Under the pieces are notes generated by a model. That model saw only the letters and a program-made list of their open reading frames with translations. It searched no databases and was not told the origin of the DNA. A DNA stretch of 64,000 bases from Macrostomum lignano. Its lineage: Eukaryota. A program made the translations under genes and the position numbers. Positions 10,571 to 22,844 of the stretch are shown here, in pieces (the first letter of the stretch is position 1; each line of letters starts with the position of its first letter). The DNA lies in assembly GCA_002269645.1 (NCBI GenBank), contig NIVC01000218.1:390407-454406 (forward strand), written 5' to 3'.

Positions 10571-13500
10571 TCACAGCTTAGCCAGGCTCCTGCCAGCCAG
10601 GAACTGTCTAGTGTAGAGCTCGTAGGACTCGTGCACATCAGTGGCATTGAGCGGCGACTGGCGGGCCCACTGCAGCATGGCCTCGTACACCTGGCCGTCG
10701 TAGCGGCCGATCACAGAGCACAGCATGCGATCTGGCAGGTCGAAGGCCTCCACCAAGGCCACGGCGTTAGGCCGAAGCTCCGTCAGAAGCGAGTCGATGG
10801 CGTCCTGGCAGCGGGCCAGATCGCTGCGACTCAACTGGACGTCGCCGGCGCCGGAGACGACTTCGTTGAGCAGGAACAGCCGGCACAGGGAGGTGAGGAC
10901 ACCGCAAATTTTTGGATTCTCGGCCGCCTTAGCTGAGTCTAGGAAGGCCTGACCAACGTACAGGATGCAGTGAGCCTCTGCGCACCTGCGGAAATGGGGA
11001 TGATGCTAATGTTGCAAATGAGCCATCCAGATGGTCATTTAATAACCACTCATCACGGCCAGCTCATCGCACCATCTGTCACTCCTGAAGTCACTTCGCC
11101 CGTCACTTTGACTATCAAGCGAGTCAAATTTGAGATTACCAACAAAATAACGAGTGTTTGAGCTCTAAAAGAATATATTCTAAACATTTGGAGTCGGACA
11201 AGACCAACAAAATCTGCTGCTTTTGTGTCGCAAAAGTGCGAGAGACTACAGAACCTTGTCAGCACTTTGGCGCAAGCTCTAGCTCTTTTTAACGGTTTTG
11301 ATACAAGTCCCGTTTAAAGCGTCATCAACGCACGGCCAAATCTGCTTTTGGAATGAATCTTGACGATGTTTGTCACTAACAGCATTCTCAGGCTTCCAGT
11401 GTCGTACCTGAAGGCAAAGAAGATAGGGGATGGGTATCACTACCGAGCAGTTGCGGATGGGCCGTGGATTTCGTCTGTTCATCGATCGCAGCTTCATCGA
11501 GAGTCGCTGTCAGTGCACCCACAGGAATGAACGCAAGTCATGCATATTTTCGGAGCAACGAGAAGCTTAAAAGTCTCTGGCAGCGGAGGTGTGAAAACGA
11601 AGTTTTGGTAACCTTTGGTGGCGGATTTGCCGGAAGTTCGTGTGAGAAAGTAGCAATTGGAGGACTTAGAAAGTTAAAAACCAAAAACGACGGCCACTTG
11701 GCGAAACCGAAGGATAGAAATCTGATAAGTAAGTTTGTGCGCATAGTTATGCGAGTCGTCTTCACGGAAGAACTCCGAACCTCATCATCTCGGACTGGCT
11801 GCACGGGCAGTGAAGTCGGCAAGAGTTAGAAACCGCCCTGCATCGTGCGCTAGGAAGAGTAATACAGTGTAGACTTTCTCTAACTTGCTAGGAGTCGTTA
11901 CTAATAGGCTTTGATTCGCTAGGCTACAGAACTGCTACAGAAGCGGAGAGTGACGTAGGACTGACACAGTAGCGCCTCACGGACGGAGAGAGACGAAGAC
12001 GTTGCCTGACTACTAAGCAATCGGTAATGTTGAATTGAATGTGTTTTTGCTTTATCAAGCAACAGCGACATAATCCGGTATTGGCAGCGGGTTTTATTAC
12101 CCGAGTTTTTAGTGACCTTTTGTAGCGAGTTTTTGACCTTGGATGTCTACCGAGTACGCACATTACCGAGCATTGATTTGAACAGAAAAGCGCCCCTTAT
12201 CTGTGCTTGGTCCGGAGTGATTTATTAATAAGTCTTTTATGAAAAATCGAAGATTATCTCCTGACTCGCTAGTGAGCCTTTTTATAAGCGATTTTATTAC
12301 TATTTTTCAACCAGGATTATTCCGTACCCGTGCCCTTGATCTCCCATCCCTCACCTAGTCAGCCGCCGGGACACGGCCTGGAAGGCGTCCGCCCAAGCCT
12401 GTCGCTGTTCAATGAAGGAGTTGAACCGGCCGCTGACCTCCAGCAGCATGCTGAGCGATCGCCAGCGCAGCCAACCGAGCAGCAGGTCGGCGGTAAGCGG
12501 GCCGCCAGCCAGTTTGGGCTGCGGTGTCGGCCTCGAGCGGATGTAGGCGTCGCTAGGGGCCAGCTGTTCGCCACGACGAGCCCGTTCAACGCATTTAAGC
12601 AGATGCCGGCCGGTCTGCAGCAGCATGACGGTGTTCTCGCCTTCGTAGGTGCAGGCCGGATTGATATCGTTGTAGATTTTTGGCAGGCCGCTGGCCTCGC
12701 TAAAACCGAAGCCGCCGCAGCAGCGACGGCATTCTTCCACGCAGGCAGCGCCGCGGTTGCTGCCCACGGCTTTGAGACCAGCCGAGAGGGCGTGCGTCTC
12801 CGGCAGGCGCTCGGTCCGGCCTGCGGGTGAAATTTTCTTACATGTAATTACTGGAGAGGGATTTGTGTATGCGGGTGTGTCTGCGGCAAACCTGTGATCG
12901 GACTGATTGGTCCAGCAACAGAGGATCTGGGAGTCAGTGGCCAAGCAACAGAGGATCTGGGAGTCAGTGGCACAGCAACAGAGGATCTGGGAGTCAGTGG
13001 CACAGCAACAGAGGATCTGGGAGTCAGTGGTCCAGCAACAGAGGATCTGGGAGTCAGTGGCCAAGCAACAGAGGATCTGGGAGTCAGTGGCACAGCAACA
13101 GAGGATCTGGGAGTCAGTGGCACAGCAACAGAGGATCTGGGAGTCAGTGGCACAGCAACAGAGGATCTGGGAGTCAGTGGCACAGCAACAGAGGATCTGG
13201 GAGTCAGTGGTACAGCAACTTTGGATCTGGGAGTCAGTGGCCAAGCAACAGAGGATCTGGGAGTCAGTGGCACAGCAACTTTGGATCTGGGAGTCAGTGG
13301 CACAGCAACAGAGGATCTGGGAGTCAGTGGTACAACAACTTTCGATCTGGGAGTCAGTGGCCAAGCAACAGAGGATCTGGGAGTCAGTGGCACAGCAACA
13401 GAGGATCTGGGAGTCAGTGGTCCAGCAACAGAGGATCTGGGAGTCAGTGGCCAAGCAACTGAGGATCTGGGAGTCAGTGGCACAGCAACAGAGGATCTGG

Positions 13501-16369
13501 GAGGCTGGCCCAGCAACTGAGGATCTGGTAGGGGATCTTGTCAGGTCAGCATCCTTCATCATCATCATACTGACCCTCCAGAACATCGGGCTGCACGGTG
13601 AAGTACAAATCCCTGAGCACTTCGCTAGCAAACCATAGTCCGTAGCAGTTGGCCACGCAAGTGAGCAGTCGGTACTGGTGCACCGGATAGTCCAGCAGCC
13701 GCGGCTCCGGAGCCCCCGGGCTCGACGGTTCGCCCTGCCTTCGAACGCAAGCGTATCGCACGGCGATCGTGGCAGCCTCCGAGATGCCTCTAGCGGCGTC
13801 GCTAACAATCAGCGAACGAACAAAGACCATAGTGCCGTAGGTGAGTTTCTCGTTGCTAACCCGTCTGATGTAGGTACCGTCGGGTTGAACTTCGGCATTT
13901 CGCATCAGCATATTCTCGCGAGGTATTCTGACGCTGTTCAGCTGCAGGAATCCGTTGTCGATGGTGTGGTAGCCCATCTTGGGCCCGATGTCCCCGCAGA
14001 CGACGCCTGGAAGGCTGCGATGAGTGGACTCGTCGCGCAGTTGAACAAGGAACATGTGGACACCGTGGCACCGGCCCTGGGTGTGCAGCTGGGCCACCAC
14101 AACGGCGTAGTTGCAGGTCTTGCCAACTGCAATTTAGTAGAGGAATACGAGTTATTATTACTCTTTATATTTCCCACTCTACCCTACATCTCTCCCACTC
14201 TACCCTACATCTCTCCCACTCTACACTACATCTCTCCCACTCTACCCTACATCTCTCCCACTCTACCCTACATCTCTCCCACTCTACCCTACATCTCTCC
14301 CACTCTACCCTACATCTCTCCCACTCTACCCTACATCTCTCCCACTCTACCCTACATCTCTCCCACTCTACCCTACATCTCTCCCACTCTACCCTACATC
14401 TTTCCCACTTTACCTTTCATCTCTCCTCCCATGTACCCTACATCTCTCCCACTCTACCCTAAATCTCTCCCACTCTACCCTAAATCTCTCCCACTCTACC
14501 CTACATCTTTCCCACTCTACCCTACATCTCTCCCACTCTACCCTACATCTCTCCCACTCTAACCTAAATCTCTCCCACTCTACCCTAAATCTCTCCCACT
14601 CTACCCTACATCTCTCCCACTCTACCCTACTCTCTCCCACTCTAGATCCATATCTATCTCCCCTCTCTACCCTACAGTCTCACTCTACCCTACATCACAC
14701 TCTATGCTGCATCCCCACTTTCCACCTTTGATCCCCACTCTACCCAGTACCCTACATCCCTACTCTCCACTTTACATCTCTTCTCTCTACCCTAGATTTA
14801 TCCCACTCTACCCTAAATCTCCCCTCTCTACCTTACATCTCCCGTCTCTATCCTACATCTTCCCTCTTTACCCTATTATCTCTTCCACTCTACCCTACGC
14901 CTCCCGTTACCTACCCTGCATATCTCTCCTCTCCCTGCATCTCAATCTCTTATCCACTAGTCTCCAATCTAATAATAGTCTATAGTCTATAATCTCCAAC
15001 CCCAACCCCATATAGCGAAGCCGCTTACGTCCTCCAGGCCACCACTTGATAGACGTAGTGGTGGGCGAATGCAACACGAACTGCTGCGAGCTCGGATCGT
15101 ACGTGGCGGTAGTCTCGATGCCGCGCAGAAAAGTGCCATGGCCCATTTCGGTCTGCGCGTAGGTGCCAATAATCTCATAGTTGAGAGCTCGTTGGAGCCA
15201 TCGCTCGCGCTGCTCGTCGCTGCACTGGCCCATCAGAGTGGGCACAAACATGACCCAGTGCAGCCCGATTGGCGACACTTCGCGGGGCATAGCAATTCTG
15301 CCAATTGTTAGATACTACCGATATGTAGCGTAAGAAACTTTATTAAGACACAAAAATTGGGTAATTAATTTTTAAGCCTATAGGCAAATATTTTTTCGCC
15401 TAATTATTGGCTACAAACATTTCGAGATGCATTTAAACTAGCTGTAATAAATTACTATTAGTAAAGTTATTTTTCGAAACATATCGGCTGCATTTATAAG
15501 CAACTATATTTTAAGATTAATTTAATTAAACTGTGAAAACATTACTTTTTATTTTAACTTTTTAGCAAAGAACGTATGTCAATATAAATCACTTTAAATT
15601 AAGCAATCTAGGATTTTCAGACTGGTGTTATTTTACTTTGAATGCTACTGACTGTCTATCAGTAGCATAATTGGAATAATAAGCAAAAATACAACACAAA
15701 CTGAAAACTATTTTGCAACGGTGAATGCAACAATTGCTAGACTAGTAAAGCCTCTATAAACCGTACATTAATTTTGTCACCATTTTGACGGGGTAAGGAC
15801 TTAATGACGATGAAGTACAAGAATGAGTCAGTTTTAGCAAGTATTTCAAGCACTACTAGTTCAGCAAGACTCCTATAGTTCTGCAATCAACCAAACTCAA
15901 GACGCATAAAAAAACTTAAAGTCTAATAACTAAAAATAATCTTTATCAAAACGCTAACGAAGCAAAAATCGATAAGAGTAGGCTTTCGCTTACCTGCGAA
16001 AAAAATAACTAGCATAGGGGTCGTCTAACATGTCGAGCTCTTTTAACCTTTGCTGAACTAGCAGAGCCTTTTTCACGGCCAAACTATATTGCTGTTCCCT
16101 GGTCATGAATTGTATTGGGGGATGCTCGAAATTCGGATCCTTGGTCACCAGTTCCTCTGCGGAATTTAGCGGAAATTAGTACATACTCATCAATGCTACT
16201 TGCAGTAGTTTTCGGATTCTAAAATCTAAAACTCACCGATCTCTCGCCTCTTCTCAGTGTTGAACTTGCCCCCATCGAGTATGTAGGTCAGTTCTTCGAC
16301 GGGAAACGAAGCTTTAGCCCGTTCCTCGGTCAGCATGGGATTCACTTTTTGAACAACTGGATTAGTCAT
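10571..16369 (-). CDS. ACOX1: peroxisomal acyl-CoA oxidase 1, 665 aa; exons 16369-16237, 16156-15994, 15297-15029, 14126-13575, 12820-12355, 10985-10571
   Basis: GT-AG junctions give consistent phases (total 1998 nt). Motifs: [41 protein letters not shown]...[35 protein letters not shown]. The C-terminal PTS1 is AKL. Confidence 0.93.
12908..13530. repeat. 30-bp minisatellite (CAGCAACAGAGGATCTGGGAGTCAGTGGCA, ~20 copies) in ACOX1 intron 4
   Basis: Tandem period of 30 seen directly. It explains the spurious repetitive ORFs at 12848-13638. Confidence 0.95.
14170..14990. repeat. 21-bp pyrimidine-rich minisatellite (CTCTCCCACTCTACCCTACAT), decaying to the right, in ACOX1 intron 3
   Basis: Period 21 is clear at 14170-14640, followed by degenerate CT-rich sequence. 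Confidence 0.9.
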
Positions 16370-16486
16370 GCTTGACTTAGTATTGTAGATGAAAATTTAA
16401 TTGCATAAATAAGTCGATTCGATAAATGTCTTAGCTGCATGTCTTCTTCTTTAACACTTCGTAAATGACCTTAACTGATACTTTAA

Positions 16487-17140
16487 ACCAAGGGAGATTA
16501 AGAGGTCTACAAAGACTGAAAACCAAGGGAGATTAAGAGGCCTACAAAGACTGAAAACCAAAGAAGATTAAGAGGCCTACAAAGACTGAAAACCAAGGGA
16601 GATTAAGACACCTACAAAGACTGAAAACCAAGGGAGATTAAGACGCCTACAAAGACTGAAAACCAAAGGAGATTAAGAGGCCTACAAAGACTGAAAACCA
16701 AGGTAGATTAAGAGGCCTACAATGACTGAAAACCAAGGGAGATTAAGAGGCCTACAAAGACTGAAAACCAAGGGAGATTAAGAGGCCTACAAAGACTGAA
16801 AACCAAAGGAGATTAAGAGGCCTACAAAGACTGAAAACCAAGGTAGATTAAGAGGCCTACAATGACTGAAAACCAAGGGAGATTAAGACGCTTACAAACA
16901 CTGAAAACCAACGGAGAATAAGAGGCCTACAAAGACTGAAAACCAAGGGAGATTAAGACGCCTACAAAGACTGAAAACCAAGGGAGATTAAGACGCCTAC
17001 AAAGACTGAAAACCAACGGAGAATAAGAGGCCTACAAAGACTGAAAACCAAGGGAGATTAAGACGCTTACAAACACTGAAAACCAACGGAGAATAAGAGG
17101 CCTACAAAGACTGAAAACCAAGGGAGATTAAGAGGCCTAC
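16487..17140. repeat. 35-bp minisatellite (AAAACCAAGGGAGATTAAGAGGCCTACAAAGACTG, ~18 copies) just upstream of ACOX1
   Basis: Tandem period of 35 (e.g. CTGAA at 16516 and 16551). Confidence 0.95.
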
Positions 17141-17799
17141 AGAAGCAATTTCTAGAAGTGTAAAAAACTACACTCTGGAATAAAAGATAAGCACATTAAA
17201 AATACACAAATAAATGAATCAAGTCTCAAAAAACTCATTGCAGCTTATAAAACTCTGCTACGCCTACTAAAAGCGCAATTTTACAACTTCCTGTCGAAAT
17301 ATATTGAGTCAGGCTACTTGTTATCCTATGCAAAATATGAAATATAATAACTTAAAATAAAGAAGTATATTGCTACCTAATATAAGAAAATAAAATAGAT
17401 CGCAGCGTACAATTTTGTAACCCGCCGTTTCTATAAAATGTTTTTATCTATCGATTGCTAATTGTCTAGTCAAAGACATCAAGTACTAATAAAAATGTAC
17501 TCTTAGGGAGCTCTCAGCTCGAAAGAAATTGCAGATTATATCGGAATAAATGAAAATACGTGTCAAATCAAACTTGCCTAAATACATTCAGACTTCTGCT
17601 TTAGAAAGAATTTGTTTAAAAGCATTTTCGCCTAGCTCTGCTGTACAGACAGACTACAGTGAAAGAGAATACGTTTAATAAGGCTTCTTTTGGAAAAAAA
17701 GAGCTGTAAATGCCTGGCCTTAGACCGGGTTGTACCATAGGTACGACTGAATAGGATAATATTAGCATATTCCAACAAAGGACTCGATGCTTTATCACA

Positions 17800-18060
17800 T
17801 CCGTATAGCAACCAAGCCATTTGCCATAGATACGGTTGCTATGCAGAGCAACCAAGCTATTTGCCATAGATACGGTTGCTATGTAGAGCAACCAAGCTAT
17901 TTACCATCGATACGGTTGCTATGCAGAGCGACCAAGCTATTTACCTTAGATACGGTTGCTATGCAGAGCAACCAAGCTATTTGCCATAGATACGGTTGCT
18001 ATGCAGAGCAACCAAGCCATTTGCCATAGATACGGTTGCTATGCAGAGCAACCATGTTAT
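17800..18060. repeat. 40-bp minisatellite with internal palindrome GGTTGCT-N6-AGCAACC (~6 copies)
   Basis: TTGCCATAGA recurs at 17821 and 17861. There are no unique spacers. Confidence 0.9.
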
Positions 18061-18245
18061 TCACCATAGAAACACTTGATTAACTTCCGCATAGCAACCA
18101 AGTTTAGTTATAATAATAGTTGATTTAAATCCCAAAAAACTTTTCCATCATCTCTGACGACTTCAGTATCCTTTTGTTGCCAATGGATGACAAAAATAAA
18201 AAAAGATATAATAATGCATCTAAAAGGGCTCTATCTACCCTCCAA

Positions 18246-21200
18246 TCAGTTGAAATCCTTCAAGATGAGCTCGTCACCATCCTCCGGCCTGTAGCTGTGA
18301 AAGGCTCGGCCAGGCAGATTCAACAGTTCAGGGCCCATAGCACCCACCATGCCCTGATCGATATAGTACAAGCCAACCCGACTCGGTTCCACGTTGAATT
18401 GGTCGCAAACTTTCTGCTTAACCTCGCGAATCAGCTGATTAGTGGCTAGCTGGCAGGTTCGACTCTGATTACCGTATCGCAGCACCAGACTGACAGACTG
18501 AGTTGGTCGCAAATCAACTTTAGCCAGTGCGTCTAATCTGCCGTGCTTGGCTAGCAGAGAGTCCAATTGATCAGGAGCTTCTGCTACCGCCAAATCGGTT
18601 GGTTCGTTTTTAATCTCCAAGTCGATCGTGTGAGCTCGGATTAACGACCGCTCAGCTGCTGAGCGCTCTTCATCTGTGACAGCCGTACCGTTGAGATGGG
18701 TCACATGAGCCAGACGGGCGATGGCCTCAGCGCGAAACTCTTTCTTGGGTCGGCCCTGATTGACGAGAGGAAGTGCATGTTTAAGTTTTTGTTTACTTTA
18801 GTTCGTTAGTTAGTTTGTTTTTAGGGTCTCTGGGCACTGCCGTACATGGGAGTCATTTGCATCGCCCCAGATTCGTTGCAGCTTGCAGGTAACACAGGTA
18901 AAATTAGGAAAGAATTGACTTTAAACAACTCCAAAACAACGAGAGAGTACAAGTCGTCCAAGAGCCGCCTTCCTTAGAATCACTGAAGCATTTTATTGTC
19001 TGCGACTTTGAAACTACTCTGGGGCCGTAGAGTCGTATTTGAGGCCTACTACAGTATACCAATATTGATGGGCTGCAGAGGGCAGAAATGAGCTATAACG
19101 CCGAGGAGTGTTAGCTCGTTTCTGCCCGATGCGGCCCATTCATATTAGTGGTATAGTTAGCGGGCGTGAAACCGCGTTTCACGGGCCGCTGAGACTGTCT
19201 ATGGTAAAATCTCGTTTACTCCAATGCATTCAGTCGGTTTCACGGCCCGCTGAAAATTTCTATGGCAAAGTCAGAAGAAAGCGGGGTCAAGGGGGCGCTG
19301 AGCCCCCTTGCGGGGGTGTGGGGCTGAGCCCCCTTGCGGGGGTGTTGGGCGGAGCCCCCACAGACGGAGCACACAAGACAAAGAAAGAAATAATGAAATC
19401 CAAAAATTGTCTATGGCCAAAACTCCTTATTTTGCGAATTGAAAAAATAGTAACTGATACTAAGAATTATTAAGCAGCACTAAGCTTTACTTTTAAAATA
19501 TACAAGTTGTAGAAACAATTAACTAGATACTTATATGCATACGAGTTTTTTTACTTATTGAAGTTGGCCATAGATTATTGCAGCGGGCGGGATGCTGTGC
19601 GTTTCTCCCCGTTTCAACACGCCTAGGCTAACTACAGTCGAAGTTGTGGTTGAAGCGCATTTGCGTCGCTTGGTGAAATTAGAGCCATATCTCTAGCAAA
19701 AGTTAAGCGCCAATACAAAGATTCTTGGACGACTCTTTTGCGACACTCTTTCACGAATCTGCAACTCATGTGGATGCGATTGTGACGCAACAGTCGCCTC
19801 TACGTTGCATTAGACGCGTTTGAGTCGTTAAAAAGTTACGCTCGATTCTTAAGATCGATTCTTGAGATTCTTACGCTCGTATTTGTGTGCACCCTGGCGC
19901 ACTTTAAGCGCCATTGTCACAAAACCGGTGAGAGGCATTACTGAGCAGGCACATACTCTCACATGAGTGTACTAGGCATTTACACTTCACTGTTCCTTAG
20001 GGGGTTGGTCCTCGAGATAAGACCCCAAGTCGAGATTCCAAATTAGTTCCAAATGAATGCGACTGCACTTGGAATCGAGCCTGAGCCGCTGGCACGTCAG
20101 AGCACCGCGCCAGACCACTGGGCTAATAATATCTAATATAAATAAATGTAATACATACCTTTCCCAATTTAATATCCAAGATTCGCAGATCAGTCAGGCT
20201 TGGACACAGATTCAGCTTCTCCAATTCCGACCAACTGTCAATCTCGCTCTCCGATAGGTTTAAAGATTTTAAATTGCATAGCAGGGGCAGTATTACTACA
20301 GAATCTTTATTCGTATTATTGCTGCCTTCCTCAGTTGCTAAGGAGACGGCGCTGCTAGGCAACTTGTCAGCCGAGTTGCCAATCAATGTGAGCTTCTCCA
20401 GCTTAGGAAACCACTGGCTTAGTTTAGTCCAATCCTCCGACAGCAGCCGATTGCCATTAAAGTACAACTGCTGTACTGAGGCATAGCCGCCAATTTTAGG
20501 GCAGGGGAAATCTGGCGCTTCCATATCGTTGTTACTCAGGTAGAGTTCCGTCAGGTTGGGAGCGGAAGACAGGAGGCCGGCCAGCATTGGCCAGCTGAGC
20601 TGGGGCAGCTGGTTCAGCGCCAGAGTGGATAGATGAGGCATCGGCTGGGCCAGCAGGTATTGGGAATGACACTCCGAATCCTGCAGTTGCGAGAGCAAAT
20701 ATGCGATTGTTGTGTTCGTGTAAAATGTGCAAGTTTAGCGAATGCAATGGCTCATAACTTCTGTATCTTTACCTATTAGATCTCTTATCTATCCCTTAAC
20801 TCTCCTATCTACTCCTTGACTCTTCTATCTACTCCTTGACTCTTCTATCTACTCATTGACTCTTCTATCTACTCCTTAACTCGTCTATCTACTCCTTAAC
20901 TCGCCTATCTACTCCTTAACTCGTCTATCAACTCATTGACTCTTCTATCTACTCCTTAACTCTCCTATCTACTCCTTAACTCGCCTATCTACTCCTTAAC
21001 TCGTCTATCTACTCATTGACTCTTCTATCTACTCCTTAACTCTCCTATCTACTCCTTAACTCTCCTATCTACTCCTTAACTCGCCTATCTACTCCTTGAC
21101 TTTTCTATCTACTCCTTACCTTTCCTATCTACTCCTTAACTATTCTGTCTACTCCTTAACTCTTCTATCTACTCCTTGACTCTCCTATCTACTCCTAAAC

Positions 21201-21981
21201 TCTCGCATTCACCCCTTAACTGCTTTTCTTGGCTACCCTTTCCATCTCCTTTATCCATATAATTTACTTGTCAAATTAAAAAACCCACCTTCAGTGGTTT
21301 CTCTGGTGCATCAGTCTTCTCTTCATGTGTGACTGAATCAGACTTTGGTCCAAGCATAGGATTAATGCTCAAATTGAGCAGTCTCAGTTGTGGCAATCGA
21401 TTTAACAGTTGTAACAGGTCAGACCAACTGGCTAAAGAATTGTTAGCTAAGTCGAGTTCCACAATGTGGCCACACATTTTGGCCAGTTTTTCAATGTCTC
21501 CTAGGTGAGTTACATTGCTATTGTCCATCACCAGTACATGTGGGAGCTGTAGTTCTCCAGAGGCTAAAAAAATTAGAAATTTACTACAAAGTCAAGATGC
21601 ATAAAAACATTTACTAATAATTTTGCCAATAAAAAGCAAAAAAATTAACAATAACTTAATCAACTTTTTAAGCAATAATAAAACAGTCAAATTTTAACAA
21701 AGTATATAAACATTAAAATAATAGAATAATTACCAGAAAAAAACTGCTTCCGCCAAGCTAGTTAATAAAAATATTGTTGGCATTTAATTAAACCATTAAA
21801 ATTATATATCAAAAGCATAGAGTTCTTAATCAAAAACATTTGATTTCTTTTATAATTAACATTATTGATTTTTATTTTTACCTGAAGGAGAACCATATAA
21901 GGTAACATGCTGCATGTCACAACTGGATGGGTCAGTAAGCATATCAAACTTGTGCTGTATTGCCTCAACTAGAGTTGTCAT
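18246..21981 (-). CDS. TBCEL: tubulin-specific chaperone cofactor E-like protein (LRR + C-terminal ubiquitin-like domain), 468 aa; exons 21981-21882, 21563-21289, 20680-20159, 18755-18246
   Basis: LRRs (IVELDLANNSLASWSDL, LTELYLSNND, LKSLNLSESEIDSW). AIARLAHVTHLNGTAVTDEERSAAER, HGRLDALAKVDLRP and GPELLNLPGRAFHSY match the TBCEL pattern. There is no CAP-Gly domain, unlike TBCE. Splice phases are consistent. Confidence 0.87.
20770..21220. repeat. 20-bp minisatellite (CTCCTATCTACTCCTTAACT) in TBCEL intron 2
   Basis: Period of 20 seen directly. Confidence 0.93.
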
Positions 21982-22844
21982 TTCTGAAACAAAGAAGATT
22001 ATAAATCAAATGAATTAAATATATAATATTATTCCTTGCCTATTCAAAGTTTACTACTGCTTAAAAACAGCTAGGAATAAAGCAATCATTACAGAGTAAA
22101 AACAAGTATAGAAATAATTTAATGACCAAAAGGTAGTCTAACTGTTTTAAAAGATTTGGTATGAATAAAAATAGTGTTCTGAATTACTAATTAAAAATAT
22201 ATTTCATTATTCAGCTTAGCCTATGGCCAGAATGAATTACTAAACACAAAGTTTTTACACTAAAAAACGAAAATTTTATACGTATTCAGCACGCAAGACA
22301 GAGATGTAAAGACAAAGAGCAAAGAATCGTACCGTAACGGAAAGTATATTCGACAGTATAAAAAATTGCAGAAATGGTTAGTTTAAGCAACCATTGAACT
22401 TACTCAAAGATTTGTTTGCGTGTCTTGTGTCCAAATCAAAGGTGCCGAACAAATGTTGGTACAATAATCGATTTCTCGTTCTCACACACAACGGAGACCA
22501 AAAAAAACCGTTTCCTTGCCTGACCTGGCACTGATAAACCCATTCCATCAGCTAAAACTCAACCCCAATCCCAAGTCAAACTTGTCTTCGACTGTACACA
22601 AAAGGTGTTTAAACAAAAATTGTTACATTTAAGACACTAATATAAAATGCACTGCAAAAACATACAAACAAATTAAACATAGAGAACGTTTAAGTTTTAA
22701 CACCTGTCGTAATTGTGATAATTTTCAATCAAAGGTTGTTGATAAAGACCATTTTTAACTGGGTAATAATGGGTGGATTTTTAGGCAATTTACTTTTATT
22801 TTTTATTTCCAGCTACAAGCAATTCATCGATCCGTTTTTTTTCG

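Noticed and set aside
11330-11870. ORFs within ACOX1 intron 5
   Set aside because: No recognisable motifs and no signal peptide or Cys framework, so they are not supportable.
12351-13808. 485-aa ORF fusing a Cys-rich repeat ([10 protein letters not shown]) to ACOX1 exon 5, and the + strand repeat ORFs
   Set aside because: The 30-bp intronic minisatellite is open in several frames. The ACOX1 exon 4 frame hits a stop just after the donor at 13574, and a canonical acceptor exists at 12821.
17800-18060. CRISPR-like array (palindromic ~40-bp repeats)
   Set aside because: There are no unique spacers or cas genes and the context is eukaryotic. It is a plain minisatellite; the same applies to the arrays at 16487, 40085 and 47415.
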